From positions 434,001 to 498,000 of the forward strand of contig JAUPSS010000013.1 in assembly GCA_040285825.1 (NCBI GenBank): a stretch of DNA of 64,000 bases, written 5' to 3'. The position numbers and the translations under genes were made by a program. Of this stretch, positions 45,855 to 58,668 are shown piece by piece; the first letter of the stretch is position 1; each line of letters opens with the position of its first letter. The DNA is from Eukaryota sp. TZLM1-RC. Taxonomy: Eukaryota; Protista; Metamonada: BaSk clade. The notes under the pieces were generated by a model. The model saw only the letters and a list, made by a program, of their open reading frames with translations. It was not told the DNA's origin and ran no database searches.

Positions 45855-46290
45855 GTTGATCCCTTTGCTTTTGTTTATCGCGATGATGTTTTACCTAGTA
45901 CTAATGGTCATTTAAACAAGGCTGAAGATCGTAAGAGAGATAAATATACTGAGATATTAAATGATTTAAATAAGAATCTTTACTCGAAGTTTTCGTTTGT
46001 TCCTTTTGCCTTTTCGATTTTTGGCAACATTGGACAATCCGCCTTGAATTTCATCAATGATTTTGGTAATTTACGTCGTTCAAGTGGTAAGAATTTTGCA
46101 GGGAATTTACGGAAGAATCGTATCATTTTCGCTTTGTACAGAAGTGTTCCCAAGTACTTGAGTTTAATGATGTCCAAACTTTATAAAGATTCATCAAGAG
46201 TTGGTGTGGAGAATTTAGTTTCTTATGTGTTTTAGTTTGTTTTGTTTTTATTTGATTCTTCGTAGAAAATAAATAAATAAATAAATAATA
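45855..46290 (+). mobile_element. 3' fragment of CRE-like family C with (AATA)n tail
   Basis: Near-identical to 46927-47342. Confidence 0.9.
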
Positions 46291-46294
46291 ATTC

Positions 46295-47342
46295 CTTTAA
46301 ATGAATCACATCCTTTATTAATTTCTCTTGAAAAAATGGTGCAAGAACTACCTGTTGATATTTGGAATAGGAGTTTTCCTTCAAGTTTGCCTGCTGTGCC
46401 TTCGAGATCTTTCACCAACCTTCATCTTGCTGTTGTGAAATTACAGAAGTCTGTTCTTATTGGTTTTGAAGACCTGGATTTTTCTAAACGACTTAGTGTG
46501 ACTAAGATTAATAATCCCGTCTTTGCTGCCTTTTTAGCAGACATTCAGAACTGTACTAGTTTAATATCTCAGCAACCAAGGCCATTTGGTCTTCACTTAA
46601 CAAATGAAGCTTGGAAACAAAACATGCGGTTGAGATTAGGGATGTATCCAAGCGGTCTTTTGGACAATTCTTATTGTATTTGTAACAAGTAACCTACTGC
46701 CAATTTCCGTCATATTGTGAGCTGTAAGAAATTTCTCCAATATAGGTCAGTTCTTCATAATGCCGTTCGTGATGTGACATATGAGATGTTTAAGTGTTAC
46801 AATTTTAGTTGCAAAGTAGAACCTTTGTTGAAGCATTATAGTAATGATAATCTGTTTAATTCACGTCGAGGTGATTTAATTGCTCCTTTTGTGGATTCCT
46901 CTCAAGTTGTTGTTGATTTCACTACAGTTGATCCCTTTGCTTTTGTTTATCGCGATGATGTTTTACTTAATACTAATGGTCATTTAAACAAGGCTGAAGA
47001 TCGTAAGAGAGATAAATATACTGATATATTAAATGATTTAAATAAGAACCTTTATTCGAAGTTTTCGTTTGTTCCTTTTGCCTTTTCGATTTTAGGCAAC
47101 ATTGGACAATCCGCCTTGAATTTCATCAAAGATTTTGGTAATTTATGTCGTTCAAGTGGTATGAATTTTGCAGGGAATTTATGGAAGAATCGTATCATTT
47201 TCGCTTTGTACAGAAGTGTTCCCAAGTACTTGAGTTTAATGATGTCCAAACTTTATAAGGATTCATCAAGAGTTGGCGTGGAGAATTTAGTTTCTTATGT
47301 GTTTTAGTTTGTTTTGTTTTTATTTGATTCTTCGTAGAAAAT
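46295..47342 (+). mobile_element. 5'-truncated CRE-like family C (Zn finger + RLE)
   Basis: C.C...H..SC, HNAVRD, EP, RRGD..VVDFTTVDP, KRDKY, FVPFAFS. Confidence 0.9.
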
Positions 47343-47728
47343 AGTAAAAACTCAAAAAGTATACAATAAATATAATAAAATTGTATTAAAACAAAATTGA
47401 TAAATCAACCCAACTTATTGACGTCCCTATATGCTACTTTAAGGTAACTCTAGAGACCACTTTCACGTGAATGATTACATTTACAGGAAAAGGGTATCTC
47501 CATAAGCATTGCGAAGAAATCTGACATGAAAATGAACTGACGGTTTTGCATCAATGAAGTGCGAAAGTATCTGTGCATTGATATGTGTTCTAAGCCTGGG
47601 TTTTGGTGTGCTTCCCATTATGGATTTGAAGACCTTTTCTGTAATGGAGACTTTAACCCTCTTATTTTACATGTGGGTTTTGCCTCCTGGATCATCATAG
47701 CAAAGATGCTTAACAACGGTTCTGTGTA

Positions 47729-48205
47729 GTGGAAGCCAATCCTAGTGGCAGCAATTTCAATGTTTGGAATCTTTTTGGAACTTGTTGTTCACCAAAGTTG
47801 GAACTTTCCACCAAAGTCGATCATATTGTGTTTTTTACTGTAGGTCTGCTTCAGTTGATTGTTTTAACTTGTTTTGCGGTTCTGGTGTGCCTTCTTCTAC
47901 CCTATATGGCCCTCCCAGTTGTCCTTTCAGTGATTGGTCTGTTTATGACAACAGTATTGGCAGAAGTTTGGTATGGCCAACCAAATCACCAAATCAATGA
48001 ACATGTCAAATTCTATGAAGAACTCGATCACAAATTGGATCGATTAATCGAAGCCATTAACGGTAGGCCCCCAAAGCCGTCATTTGAAACAGAGGAACAA
48101 TCATTTATCGAGCCACTCTCTGACCTCTTGGCTCGTCATAATCGAACAGTTCAAGACTTTGTAACAGTGTTTTCTCATTATACTAACAGTAGTTTCTATT
48201 GTTAA
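47729..48205 (+). CDS. Hypothetical 2-TM protein whose 3' end is fold-back duplicated
   Basis: 158-aa ORF (GTG start in the track; true start uncertain). Confidence 0.5.
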   Translation: MEANPSGSNFNVWNLFGTCCSPKLELSTKVDHIVFFTVGLLQLIVLTCFAVLVCLLLPYMALPVVLSVIGLFMTTVLAEVWYGQPNHQINEHVKFYEELDHKLDRLIEAINGRPPKPSFETEEQSFIEPLSDLLARHNRTVQDFVTVFSHYTNSSFYC

Positions 48206-48399
48206 CTATTACTAACTACTGTTAGTATAATGAGAAAACACTGTTACAAAGTCTTGAACTGTTCGATTATGACGAGCCAAGAGGTCAGAGAGTGGCTCGA
48301 TAAATGATGGTTCCTCTGTTTCAAATGACGGCTTTGGGGGCCTACCGTTGATGGCTTCGATTAATCGATCCAATTTGTGATCGAGTTCTTCATAGAATT
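48009..48399. repeat. Long inverted repeat: 186-bp arms, 19-bp spacer
   Basis: 48009-48194 versus 48214-48399, 2 mismatches. Confidence 0.95.
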
Positions 48400-48599
48400 C
48401 TAAACAAGATAAACACCTTCTGAAACTTACCCCAATTCGCAACTTTTACCATCAAGAAATGGAGTCTTCACGGTTTCGTCCAAAATATCTTTTGACAGAA
48501 CTGACTGTGCCTCGAATTCTGAATGAGTTATTATGAATTTAGGAGAAAGTGAAACTTGAAGTTGATTTATTTCTTGTTTTTGACTTAGAAAAACATATG

Positions 48600-51500
48600 C
48601 AGGGGCAATGAAAAAGCAAAAACGATGTTATTACCCTTTCAATATGGAATTAATACCACTGATGAAGTCTCTTCAGCGTTATTTGCTACAGATGTATTAT
48701 TTCGCCAAAATGAATCCAATGTATGTCATTGGATTTTAGTAATGCATTCAATTCACTCAGTCGTTGCAGTATTCACGGTGCTTTGTTGCAATATAAGCCG
48801 GACTTCATGCCGTATTTCCAATCAACATAGAGCACAAATATAATATATAATATAATATATAGCAATTCTAATTTGCTGAAAATAATGTTTCTGACGATCA
48901 ACAGTTAAATGCTTCTAGTGTTCCCTCTTCTTCCCCTTCTGAAAACAGTAATTTTTGTTGTCCATTTTGCAAAAAAGATGTTGCAGATTCACGAAATGAT
49001 CGAAAACTTCTGTTTTGTACGAATTGTAAAGCCGTTGATACCGTAAGACCCCCGATCCGGATCCCAGTAGAAATAAGTCCCGCCAGCACAATCCCCTTCT
49101 CAATGGAAATGAGAAATTTTTCTTCTGAATTGAAAAATAATAAGTGGAATATTTCATCCTTCTGGAAATATTTTGCTAGAAAAACAAAAATTGTTTTAAG
49201 AAAAAATTTGGAAACAGAAAAATTGTAAAATCAAAAATTTGCCGAAAATTGTGCTTACGTGGTCGTTATGGTGCCGCAAAGCAGTCTTTGTTTTCCTCTT
49301 CTTTGGCTGATGCAAACTCTGATACCCTTGAAAAACTTCAAAAGTTGCATCCTCAAGAAAATTTCAAGTGCAGCAAGCCTGATGTGTGTCCTTTTTGGAT
49401 TGAAAATCCTATTACTGCAATTGAAGTTCTTAAAGCTATTCAAAAATTACCTAAGGGGAAAGCAGCAGGCCCAACTGGAATTTCTTTCGATCTCTTAAAA
49501 ATAGCGTGTTCCAGTGCTCCCTAAATTGCTGATGATCTAGCCCACTATTTTCAACAATTAATTGTTTTGAAAATTAATCCTCCATTTGAATTACTCGCAG
49601 CACGTCTGATTGCTTTAGTAAAGCCTGGAAACGGAATAAAACCTGATGGAATACGCCCAATTGCTGTTGGTGAATCTCTTTCTCGTCTGCTGGCATCAAT
49701 TGTCTTCGATCGTGTCAAAGACAAAGCTTCTACATTTTTGAATCCTCATCAATTTGGAATCAAAACAATTGATGGTGCTTCTGTTGCTGCTATTGCCTCT
49801 GATACCTTTTTTAATGCAGAGGAAAATAATTTTATTTTTAATCTCGACTTTAAAAATGCTTTTAATTCTGTAAAGCGAGAAGCAATTTTTGAAGTTATTA
49901 AATCTGATTTTCCTGAGCTATTGAGTTTTTTCTACCATTTTTATGGTAAAGAATCAGATTTAATTTTTAATTCATTTGCTCTTAAATCATCTTCTGGAGT
50001 GAAGCAGGGAGATCCTTTAGGCCCATTATTGTTTTGTTTAGCTATTCACAAAACTTTAAATATCATTAAGCAAAAATACCCTTCTATAAAAATAGTTGCT
50101 TATATGGATGATATATCCTTGATTGGTTCATTTGATTTACTAGAATTGGTTGCTCAAGAAATTGCCGATTCATATGAAAATATTGGGCTTCATCTTAATG
50201 CCAGCAAATGCCTTCTGATTGGCTCTTCTGCTCAAGACCTCGTGATAAACGATTCTATTGTCCCTTTTACTAATTATAGTAGTGATGCTTTTAACTTCCT
50301 TGGTTGTTGGTTAGGAAATGTGCCTCAAATTCAGAATAAATTGCAAGTTATTTTGGAAAAAATGAAAATTGAACATGATTCAATTTCTTCTTTAGATATA
50401 GAAAAGCATATTAAATTTTTCATGCTTAAAATTTGCTACACTGGGAGAATAACCCACATTTTGAGATCTTGTGCTCCTTCCATAGCATTAGATTTTTGTC
50501 GTTCTTTTAATTCATTGAGAACAGAATTTTTTGCTGATTTATTGGATGTAGAACCAGGAATCTTGAAAAACCATTTATTTTCTTCAGCAAATTTGGGGGG
50601 TATTGGATTTACTAAATCTTCAATTTTGTGTCAATCAGCATTCTTGGGTGGTGGCAAAAATTTTATTTATGAATTTTCTCGTAGATTTCCTGATGATTAT
50701 CATCTGTTAGTCCCCAATTGTAGTCCCTATTTGTATGAGTTATCTTGTGAACTTGAAAAATTACCACCACAAATTTGGACCAAATGTTTTCCTCAATCAA
50801 TTCAAGAAATTCCAAACCGATCTCTATTTAATTTTCAGTTTTGCTGTAAAAAGCTTCAACAAGAATTGTCAAAGATTTTTGAAAGCTTGGATTTTGATGT
50901 TAGACTTGGCTTGGCCAAGAAACAGAATCCCGCTTTTGCAAATCTTTTACAAGATATGTGTGACAGTACTTCTTCTGCCTTAGTAACAACAATTCCACAA
51001 GTTTATGGTACTCTCTTATCCGATTCTGCTTGGACTCTGAATATGAGATTTCGTTCCTTTATCTGGTCTGATAATTTACCTCATAATTTAATTTGTAAAT
51101 GTTCTCGAGAAATTACAACTACTCATTTGTTAAATTGTAAACATTTTATCACTTTTAGAAGCAAGGTTCATGATGCTGTAAGAGACCAGTTATATTGTAT
51201 GTGTAAATCTCATAGAATTGAATCCTTCTTGGAACCTCTGTTGTCAAATCTGTTTGATGCTGAAAATGATTTTCATAAGAATAATAGAGGTGATGTCATA
51301 TTACCTGGATTAGATGGAAGCTTCATTTTATTGGATGTAATGTCTGTTGATCCTTGTAATGCCTCAAATGAAAGGCTTGTTAATTCTGAAATTCATAATT
51401 CCCTTTCAAATGCTGAAAATTTTAAATTCAAAAAATACAATGACCCGTTGTCCGAACTGGCCAGTCTACAGCATGCAAAATACAATTTGTATCCATTTGT

Positions 51501-52035
51501 ATTTTCCTTTTTCTGGTTCACTTGCACCAACTGCTTTACGTTTTTTGGATGATTTTGAAATGATTGTAAAGAGAAGAACTGGCAGAAAGTTCAACAGATT
51601 GTTTTGGCAAAATAGAATTGTGTTTTCTATTTTTAAGGGGATGTTGAAGATGGTTTCTGATGCTTTGCTTTCTCTTGGATCTCACTATGAGAGAGTTGCA
51701 TCTAGTGTTTTTGTTTTGGGAGAGATGGATTTTTTAGATGTTGATTTATAGGTTTAGAATAAAATTAAATTTAAAAAAAACATATAGCAATTCTAATTTA
51801 CATTTTGGTAATTGAATTTTGAGTTCATCAAGTTGTGTAAAGCAAGGATTTCGTTAGGACCTCTTTTGTTTTGTTTGTCCATTCATCCTATTTTATTACA
51901 AATTCAAGAAATGTTTCCTTCACTAATAATGATTGCCTTTATGGATAATGTTGTTCTTATAGGTGATCCAAATATTGTGAAAATAGCAACTATATGTTTT
52001 GAAGAAATATTTACCAAAGTTGGCCTCTGACTGAA
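48600..52035 (+). mobile_element. Old CRE-like RT remnant split by the family A insertion (pieces 48600-48874 and 51782-52035)
   Basis: Left piece PFQYG..LDFSNAFNS; right piece VKQG..LGPLLFCL..FMDN. Confidence 0.75.
48875..51781 (+). mobile_element. CRE-like non-LTR retrotransposon family A (RT + CCHC + RLE) with 18-bp TSD
   Basis: TSD ATATAGCAATTCTAATTT (48857-48874 and 51782-51799). GIRPIAVGE, HQFG, DFKNAFNS, GVKQGDPLGP, YMDD, GGIG, HDAVRD, RGD..DV. Stop at 49522 and frameshift near 51510. Confidence 0.93.
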
Positions 52036-52289
52036 TTTACTGAGATATGATTGACATTACTAAGCAGCCATCTGAGATGCTCCAAGAGCGTTTTAAAGAC
52101 GACAGCAAGCTTTTCATCACATACGAATGTTTGAACCAGCAACATCATCCAATAAGAAATGTGAGGATTTTATCTCAAGAACAACTATCGAAACCTCCAG
52201 AAAAGAAATCACAATCTTTCAATTTTCATTACAAAATGTCTTTTTAGAAAAAAACATTTATTTTCCACGTAAACTAAAATATCTATTGA

Positions 52290-52520
52290 TCATGCACACT
52301 TAATTAAATTAATTCATAACTAATGGGACGAATTTCATTGAAGCAAGATTTCCTCTACAAAATCTTGATACAAAACAGAACAAAATAATACGCATAAGAT
52401 ACGAAATTTTCCACACCAACTCCTGAAGAATCCTTGAAAAGATTAGACATCGTTAAATTGTGTGTTTTTTGTTATATTTTATATTTATTGAATTTGCACA
52501 CTTAATTAAATTAACTCAAT
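52290..52520 (-). mobile_element. Cluster of short 3' tails from CRE-like families B and C
   Basis: GCACACTTAATTAAATTAA..CATAACTAATGGGACG (family B, twice) flanking a family C-like end. Confidence 0.75.
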
Positions 52521-52598
52521 TCTCATGTTGAATTTTTCTATTTCTGAATGCGAAAAACTTTGTGTGAAAAACGTTTTCCTACATATAAGACCTCCACA

Positions 52599-53060
52599 AT
52601 GTCTTCTGTAAAGGTTTATTTATACGACATATCTATGGGAATGGCGAAGACCATGTCCCCAATGCTTCTTGGACCTCAAAATGCTTTGGATTACATACCA
52701 CACACTTCTGTGGTTGTTTTTGGAATGGAGTATTTCTTCGGTATGGGTGTACAACGTTGCATTCCTGGTCAATCTGGACATGGGCAGCCCATGAAAGTGT
52801 TGGATTATGGACACACAGAGGTACCTAGCGAACTATTCGAAGAGTGGTTGACTACTGCTGCAGCTAAATACAACACTACATCTTATCACCTATTAGACCT
52901 GAATTGTAACAACTTTACTAATGATGCTATTGAGTTTTTGAGTGGAAGTACTCTGCCTGCGGAGATAGTGACTCTGCCTCAGCAAGTTATGTCTACGCCG
53001 TTAGGACAAATGATTAAACCCTTTATAGAACAGTTCTTTGCTGCTTCAAACAATGTGTAA
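52599..53060 (+). CDS. DeSI/PPPDE desumoylating isopeptidase
   Basis: VYLYDIS.GMA, HTSVVVFG.EYFFG, YHLLDLNCNNFT (His-Cys dyad). Confidence 0.93.
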   Translation: MSSVKVYLYDISMGMAKTMSPMLLGPQNALDYIPHTSVVVFGMEYFFGMGVQRCIPGQSGHGQPMKVLDYGHTEVPSELFEEWLTTAAAKYNTTSYHLLDLNCNNFTNDAIEFLSGSTLPAEIVTLPQQVMSTPLGQMIKPFIEQFFAASNNV

Positions 53061-53518
53061 ATGCTTTTTTTGTTTTTTGATTTTACTGATACACACACAG
53101 TACGTCATATACGAAATATCCTTTGTAGAAATTGTTGTAATAATTCGAAACTAGAATTACTATTTGTCCCTAGTTAATGATTTGAGTGAATCCTAAATAT
53201 AGCACGAAATTATGCTCATGGACCTCTTCAAAAATGCCATAGATTGCTTAAATACTACATGAAGAGACATAAGAGATGAAGAGACTTGAGGTCTTTCTAT
53301 GTTGCCCTCGAATTTAATTTACAACAAACCATAGAGTACCCCAGATTTTTTATCAAATTACAGAAGCAATGGCGAAAAACACGCAAATCATGATTGTGTA
53401 GAGGAAACCACTCACTGAATTTAGTCCCATTGGTTCTGTTTTTCATTAAATGTTGAAATTCATTAAAATCATTTTTCAAATAGCTTAACCATCCTCTTCT
53501 CAATCATTAACAGTCAGT

Positions 53519-54301
53519 ATGGAACTACCACCAGCAATTAGTTCACTACGTCCATTCACTATTCGTGCAGCTCAATTCTCTGAAACTGAACCCCTTATGT
53601 CATATTACATCAAAATGTATGTAGTCGAACAAGCCATGAAGAAATCTTCACAATCTGGTGTCAAACCGTTCGTTGTTTCTTTGTTAGATGTACTGGAAAA
53701 AGAAAAATCTACTCTACCGGTTAGCGAAACCGATGGTCTTTCTCACTGCACTGCTGTCATGCTTTCTCTGCTTAAGAAAGCCATGGACGAGGAGAGTGAA
53801 GGTACTGCTTCTCAATCAACTGCTGCAACTTATGATGTATGTAGAATCATTATTGAAAGCTGTGGTCAATTCGGTGAACTCTCTTCAGATCTCCAACAAA
53901 AAAGAAAGTTTTGCCTATCTCGTATACGGGAAATTCTCAAGAATCCCAATCCTAACCCTAACCCTAACCCCAAACCCAACACTGAAGAGATGGATGCCGT
54001 TGAACAGGAATTAGAGGAGGAGTTAGCCAGAGAACAAGAAGAAATGTCGACTGAAGGAATGAAGGTAAAGGAGAAGCAAGAAGTCGAAAATGATCCTGAG
54101 GAGCCAAAATTGACCACGGAAGACCAATCAAATCACGATCAATCACTAGCTCAAACAGAAGTTATTGAAGAGGAAGTTGATTTTGAGAGTTTGCAACAGG
54201 CTGAAAAGTATATTAAATGGAGCCTAAGTAGCATTCAGTTAGACAAAGTACAAGAAACGATATTGCATTTGGAAAAGGCTTTAAAAATGTTGAAAAAATA
54301 A
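53519..54301 (+). CDS. VTA1: Vta1/LIP5-like Vps4 cofactor
   Basis: MIT-like N-terminus (RAAQF..EPLMSYY..MY.VE) and VSL-like C-terminus (AEKYIKWSLSSIQLD......LEKALKML). Confidence 0.8.
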   Translation: MELPPAISSLRPFTIRAAQFSETEPLMSYYIKMYVVEQAMKKSSQSGVKPFVVSLLDVLEKEKSTLPVSETDGLSHCTAVMLSLLKKAMDEESEGTASQSTAATYDVCRIIIESCGQFGELSSDLQQKRKFCLSRIREILKNPNPNPNPNPKPNTEEMDAVEQELEEELAREQEEMSTEGMKVKEKQEVENDPEEPKLTTEDQSNHDQSLAQTEVIEEEVDFESLQQAEKYIKWSLSSIQLDKVQETILHLEKALKMLKK

Positions 54302-55155
54302 TAGCTCTTTTATTAAATAATTATGTGAATAAATCGGTGTACAGCGAAGGTTCTTATGCATATTATTTTATTTGTTTTTATTTGTTTTTATTTATTTGTA
54401 AATAATCGGGGTTATTTGTAAACTATAAGTATCATTAACTGTCGCAACATCATCAAAGCTTTACCATATAGAAACTAAGAACTTCAAATCCATTCACTTT
54501 TTTCTTCTAAATCGTTATTTTGGATTTTTTTCAGTTTCACTACCCGCTGTTTCTTCGTTCAAATTCACAAAATAATTAAATGAATGAGAAAGATAAATAA
54601 TTGAGGGAAAAAAATGAAAGACGTTGAGTTCTTGTAAGTTCAATCATCTCCAGAATCAAGCACTATGGTCCACCATGGAGGCCAAACAAATCGACTTTGA
54701 AGTGCAAAATCCTGGATATCACAACAACAACCAAAACAGTGAATTATGTACATGTATTGAAATGTGCAGTAAGAGGAGTTCTTCATCTGTTAGAGTTGTC
54801 AGAGAGATGAGATGAGGCGAATAGTGGTAGTAAGTAAGTATCAATCGAGGATGTAGCTTTAGGATAGTTACAGTGTTTGGCTTTAGAATGTTGATTCTTC
54901 CATGGACGAAAAGATGTCAATCCCATGCTACTTTTGGTAAATGAAAAGGAATAATGGTTAAGAGTGGCAAATATTTTCCACGCATGAGGAGAGATTGTTT
55001 TGTTTTACCGTATTTTTTGGTTTTTGGTTTTGCAACCAATGTATATTGCCAATGGATAACCAATCAACAAATAGCAATGACAATAATAAAATTAGGATTA
55101 AAATTAATAGCATAGAAATGAATTAAGTTCTTCAAAGGCACACTCTTGAACACTA

Positions 55156-55271
55156 CTGTGTTCCGAAAAATTATGGACTCATAAAATATGGCGAATTTCA
55201 CAACACCATTGACAGTTCGCCATATTGTTTAGTCGACATATTTTATGAGTCCATAATTTTTCGGCACACGG
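55156..55271. repeat. Small fold-back/MITE-like element
   Basis: Perfect 28-bp inverted repeat (55163-55190 and 55237-55264) plus an internal 11-bp inverted repeat. Confidence 0.75.
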
Positions 55272-55659
55272 AATTCAATGATAAATTGAATCAGATGTGA
55301 ACACCAACATGTTAGTGGTAACAGATCTCGGATAGTTGTTGTGACGTTTGCAATTAAGGCTGAAACATGATTGGAAATGCGAAAGAGCAATTCGTTTCAG
55401 GATTGACCAATTGGTCGCAAACAAATTCAAAATCATCTTTTTTTTGAAGAACCTGAATAGTTAGGACAACACAATTTGAGATGTTATGAGCTGTAAAGTT
55501 ACAGTTGTTTGTTTCGAGCGCAGACGTTACACGTTGTCAACCGTAACTCCAATAACCTAGTTTCTCCAGCTTAGTCAATTCTGTAGCTAGTTTTGCATTT
55601 AGTCGGTCTTTTTGTTTATATATAAATAATATATAATCAAATATAATTAAATATAGTAG

Positions 55660-55863
55660 AAATAACTCAATAACTTGAATTCCAACTCACATACTCAATA
55701 CCTTCTTTGTCCTTTTGCTTTTTCTATATTTAGAACCTTGGGTAAAACTGCGTTATCTTTTTTGGACGATTTCTCAGCTATTGTCAAAAATAGAACTGGA
55801 ACAATATTAGACCGAACCTTTTGGAAAAACAGAATTGTATTTTCTTTTTTTAGGATTGTATAG
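55660..55863 (+). mobile_element. 3' fragment of CRE-like family F
   Basis: LCPFAFSIF..LG..AL.FLDDF...FWKNRIVF. Confidence 0.75.
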
Positions 55864-56529
55864 TCTTGTTACTAGCTCATTGTTATCACTAGGAAAATTT
55901 TATGAAGAAAAAGATGTAGGTAAGTTTTCAATAGTAGATGTGGAGTATGAGGAGATTGATTGTTAGTTTTTAATAATTTCTTTTGAATCAAATATGTATC
56001 AAAAAACAAAAAAAATTGGTTATTGTCTAATGATAAACCAAAGCTACTCTTTGCCACAAGAATACAAAGAGAAGTAAAGGCCTCAAATCCTTTACCATTC
56101 AGATAAACCCAATTAGTCAAGCTGACATCAAACACTAGTTGCAAATAAAACAGTTGCCTCACAGTATTGATGAGATACTGCAACGAGATAACAGTATAAA
56201 TCATCTCAGATTTTTGGTAGGTTTGGAAATATCTGTGTTGATAATGAACACATTTGGTCAGTTTGGTTTTTGATTCCACCCTGTGCAGGGAGTCGCACTC
56301 CCGTAGCACTTGTATAGTCAAAGGCACGTCTTTTTACGGTGATACACAGATGTGTGTTGTACGAGTTTGTGATTGTGGAAAAATTAAGTGGCAGTTGAAG
56401 TAAATCTAATGTGAAATCATGTTACGTTGAAAGGTGGAGAAGAAGATTATGTAAGATAAGAAGTCTGTACCCAGAAAACTTTGTGTTTATTGTATGAAAG
56501 TGTAACACAAATGTTTATAATAAAGTAAT

Positions 56530-58592
56530 GGGACAACACCAAAATCCACACGTACCACAATTTTTAATCAAAATCCACAAACATTTCTCAAAGTAATTTT
56601 CACAATCCACATCATCCAGAACCTGTGATGAAAATCCACATATGACGTGACCCAAATCTTTTCAAGTTGGTTGATCAAAATCATCTTTATTGAACACCTC
56701 TATTCAACTGCTTCTTATGAAACAATAAACTATTGATTAGGACAACCTCTTTTGTTATGGTTTACTTCTCCACATAAACCACACTTATAAATGCGTTTCT
56801 GAGCTGGCTCTAATGAAGTTTGAGATCTTCTGGGCTTACTTCCTGATTTTTTCTCTCTTGCATTCCTCATACGAACTTTCTTGGGTCTGCCCACTCTCGG
56901 CTTGGCAATTGGAGGTCCGCTAACATTTACTTCCGGTGCTCTTTCATCAGATTCAACGTTACTCTCCAACGTAACATCATCAACAGATAATATTCTCCCC
57001 TCGTAGGCACGTAAATACCATAAAGAAGAGTGCTGTGGTGCACAGTATTCAATTCCTCTTGAACCGTTCCTTGTCAAAAACATCAGCAAGTGAGCACATG
57101 GAATTCCTTCTTTCCCATCACAGCAACTACAACTCTTTTCCTCAATATCAACGTTGAACACTCTACCACTGTATATGACCTCAAACTCATCGTCATCAAC
57201 TTCAATAGATCTTAAGTCACGCAACAACATCAACCTCTCCTCAAGATTCTTAACAGCTCTTGGAACTAAAGGGAATTCAATCATTGCTCTTGCTTCTTTT
57301 CGTCTTGATACAAACCATCTTCCAAGCATTGCTCTGATACTATCAAACATTTGAACAATAGGTTGTTCTCTGGCTTCGTTGATAGCAGCATTGAGTGATT
57401 CCACGACGTTACTTGTGGTATGTCCCCACCTGTTTCCAGGAAAAATACACTCGACCCAATGTTGAGGATCTGCCGTCTTCTCGATATATTCCGCTGCCGT
57501 CTGTGAGACAATCGCCATTTCTTTTAGAATATCGTTGTAGTCATTGAGATTTTTTTACTTTTGCTAGTCGAAAAATAAAGGGCCTAGCTTTTTTTGATCC
57601 TTTACCTGTTGCATTATCAGCAAGATGTTTTACACAGAATGCATGAGGACATCCAGGAAGTACAGCCTCCACTGCATTGATCAGACCTTTTGCCGATCAG
57701 AAATGATTGAAGTACATGAGATAACAAATATGTTGCGAAGATGATCTAGAACCCACGACCAAGTTGCTGTATTTTCAGTATCAACAACTCCAAACGCTAG
57801 AGGGAATGTCTGTCCATTTGCGTCAATTGTTGCAGCTGCCAAGATTGTTCCAAGATACTGATTTTTGATGAAACAGCCGTCCAACTCGATCACAGGTTTA
57901 CAATATTGCTGACCAGTAATGGATGCTGAAGACGCCAAAAAGCAACGACTAAAACGATCATCATCACCTGCTTCAACAAAAGCCACAGTTCCTGGCATTT
58001 TCTGTTTCAAACGTTCGAACTAACGAGGTAGTAGGCTGAAGGACTTCTCCTTGTCTCCATATAACAACATTTGTGCTTCTTTTACCACTCTAGAACATGC
58101 GTTATGATTGATTGGCATGTCAGACATCCTTTCCATTCTAGTTGGAGATACTGGTCCACAACGTCTGAAATCCTCTTTCAACATAAGAGCCACAATTTTC
58201 GCAGGAACGTGATTTTTTGATTGTGCTTGACAAGGTGTGTTGTGCTCCACGAACTTCGTAACAATCCAAACATCGCAATCAAGAGACGTAGCAATAAAAC
58301 GAAAGGGACACTTCTCATCATCACACTTGATTTCCCAGCGGGTCTTGTTGTTATTTTGAGCAGGAGAGAACTCTTTGTTGATTTCAATACCATATTGATG
58401 CAGAGTTGTTATCATTTTGTCACGAGATTCGAAAGTATCGTTCACTGAGATGGATATAGGTTCAGAAGCTTTAAGTTTATTAAGATTAAGAGCAATAGTC
58501 ATTTTTGTGGTTTTTGATGAAAAAGATGGGACTAATGTTGCTGTGGATTTTGATGGAAATTGATTTAATCATGTGGATTTTGGTGTTTTCCC
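56530..58592 (-). mobile_element. Mutator-like (MULE) DNA transposon; transposase 56730-58502 interrupted
   Basis: TIRs GGGA(C/A)AACACCAAAATCCACA; 9-bp TSD TAAAGTAAT (56521-56529 and 58593-58601). LDGCF, DANG..FPLAFG, IISDRQ, FCVKHL, TSNVVES.N, SWIM CSC..PCAH, CCHC tail. One stop and 2 frameshifts. Confidence 0.95.
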
Positions 58593-58668
58593 TAAAGTAA
58601 TTCCAAGTCTTTTGTATCGCACCGGGTGCGATGCCAAAAAGAACCGCACCATGCAAAAAACATTTTAC

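Noticed and set aside
48212-48442. 76-aa minus-strand ORF paralogous to 47729-48205
   Set aside because: It is simply the inverted arm of the fold-back.
53944-53980. Telomere-like (CCCTAA)n tract, also at 58873-58892
   Set aside because: Only about 3 units, in frame and encoding Asn-Pro repeats in linkers; not an interstitial telomere.
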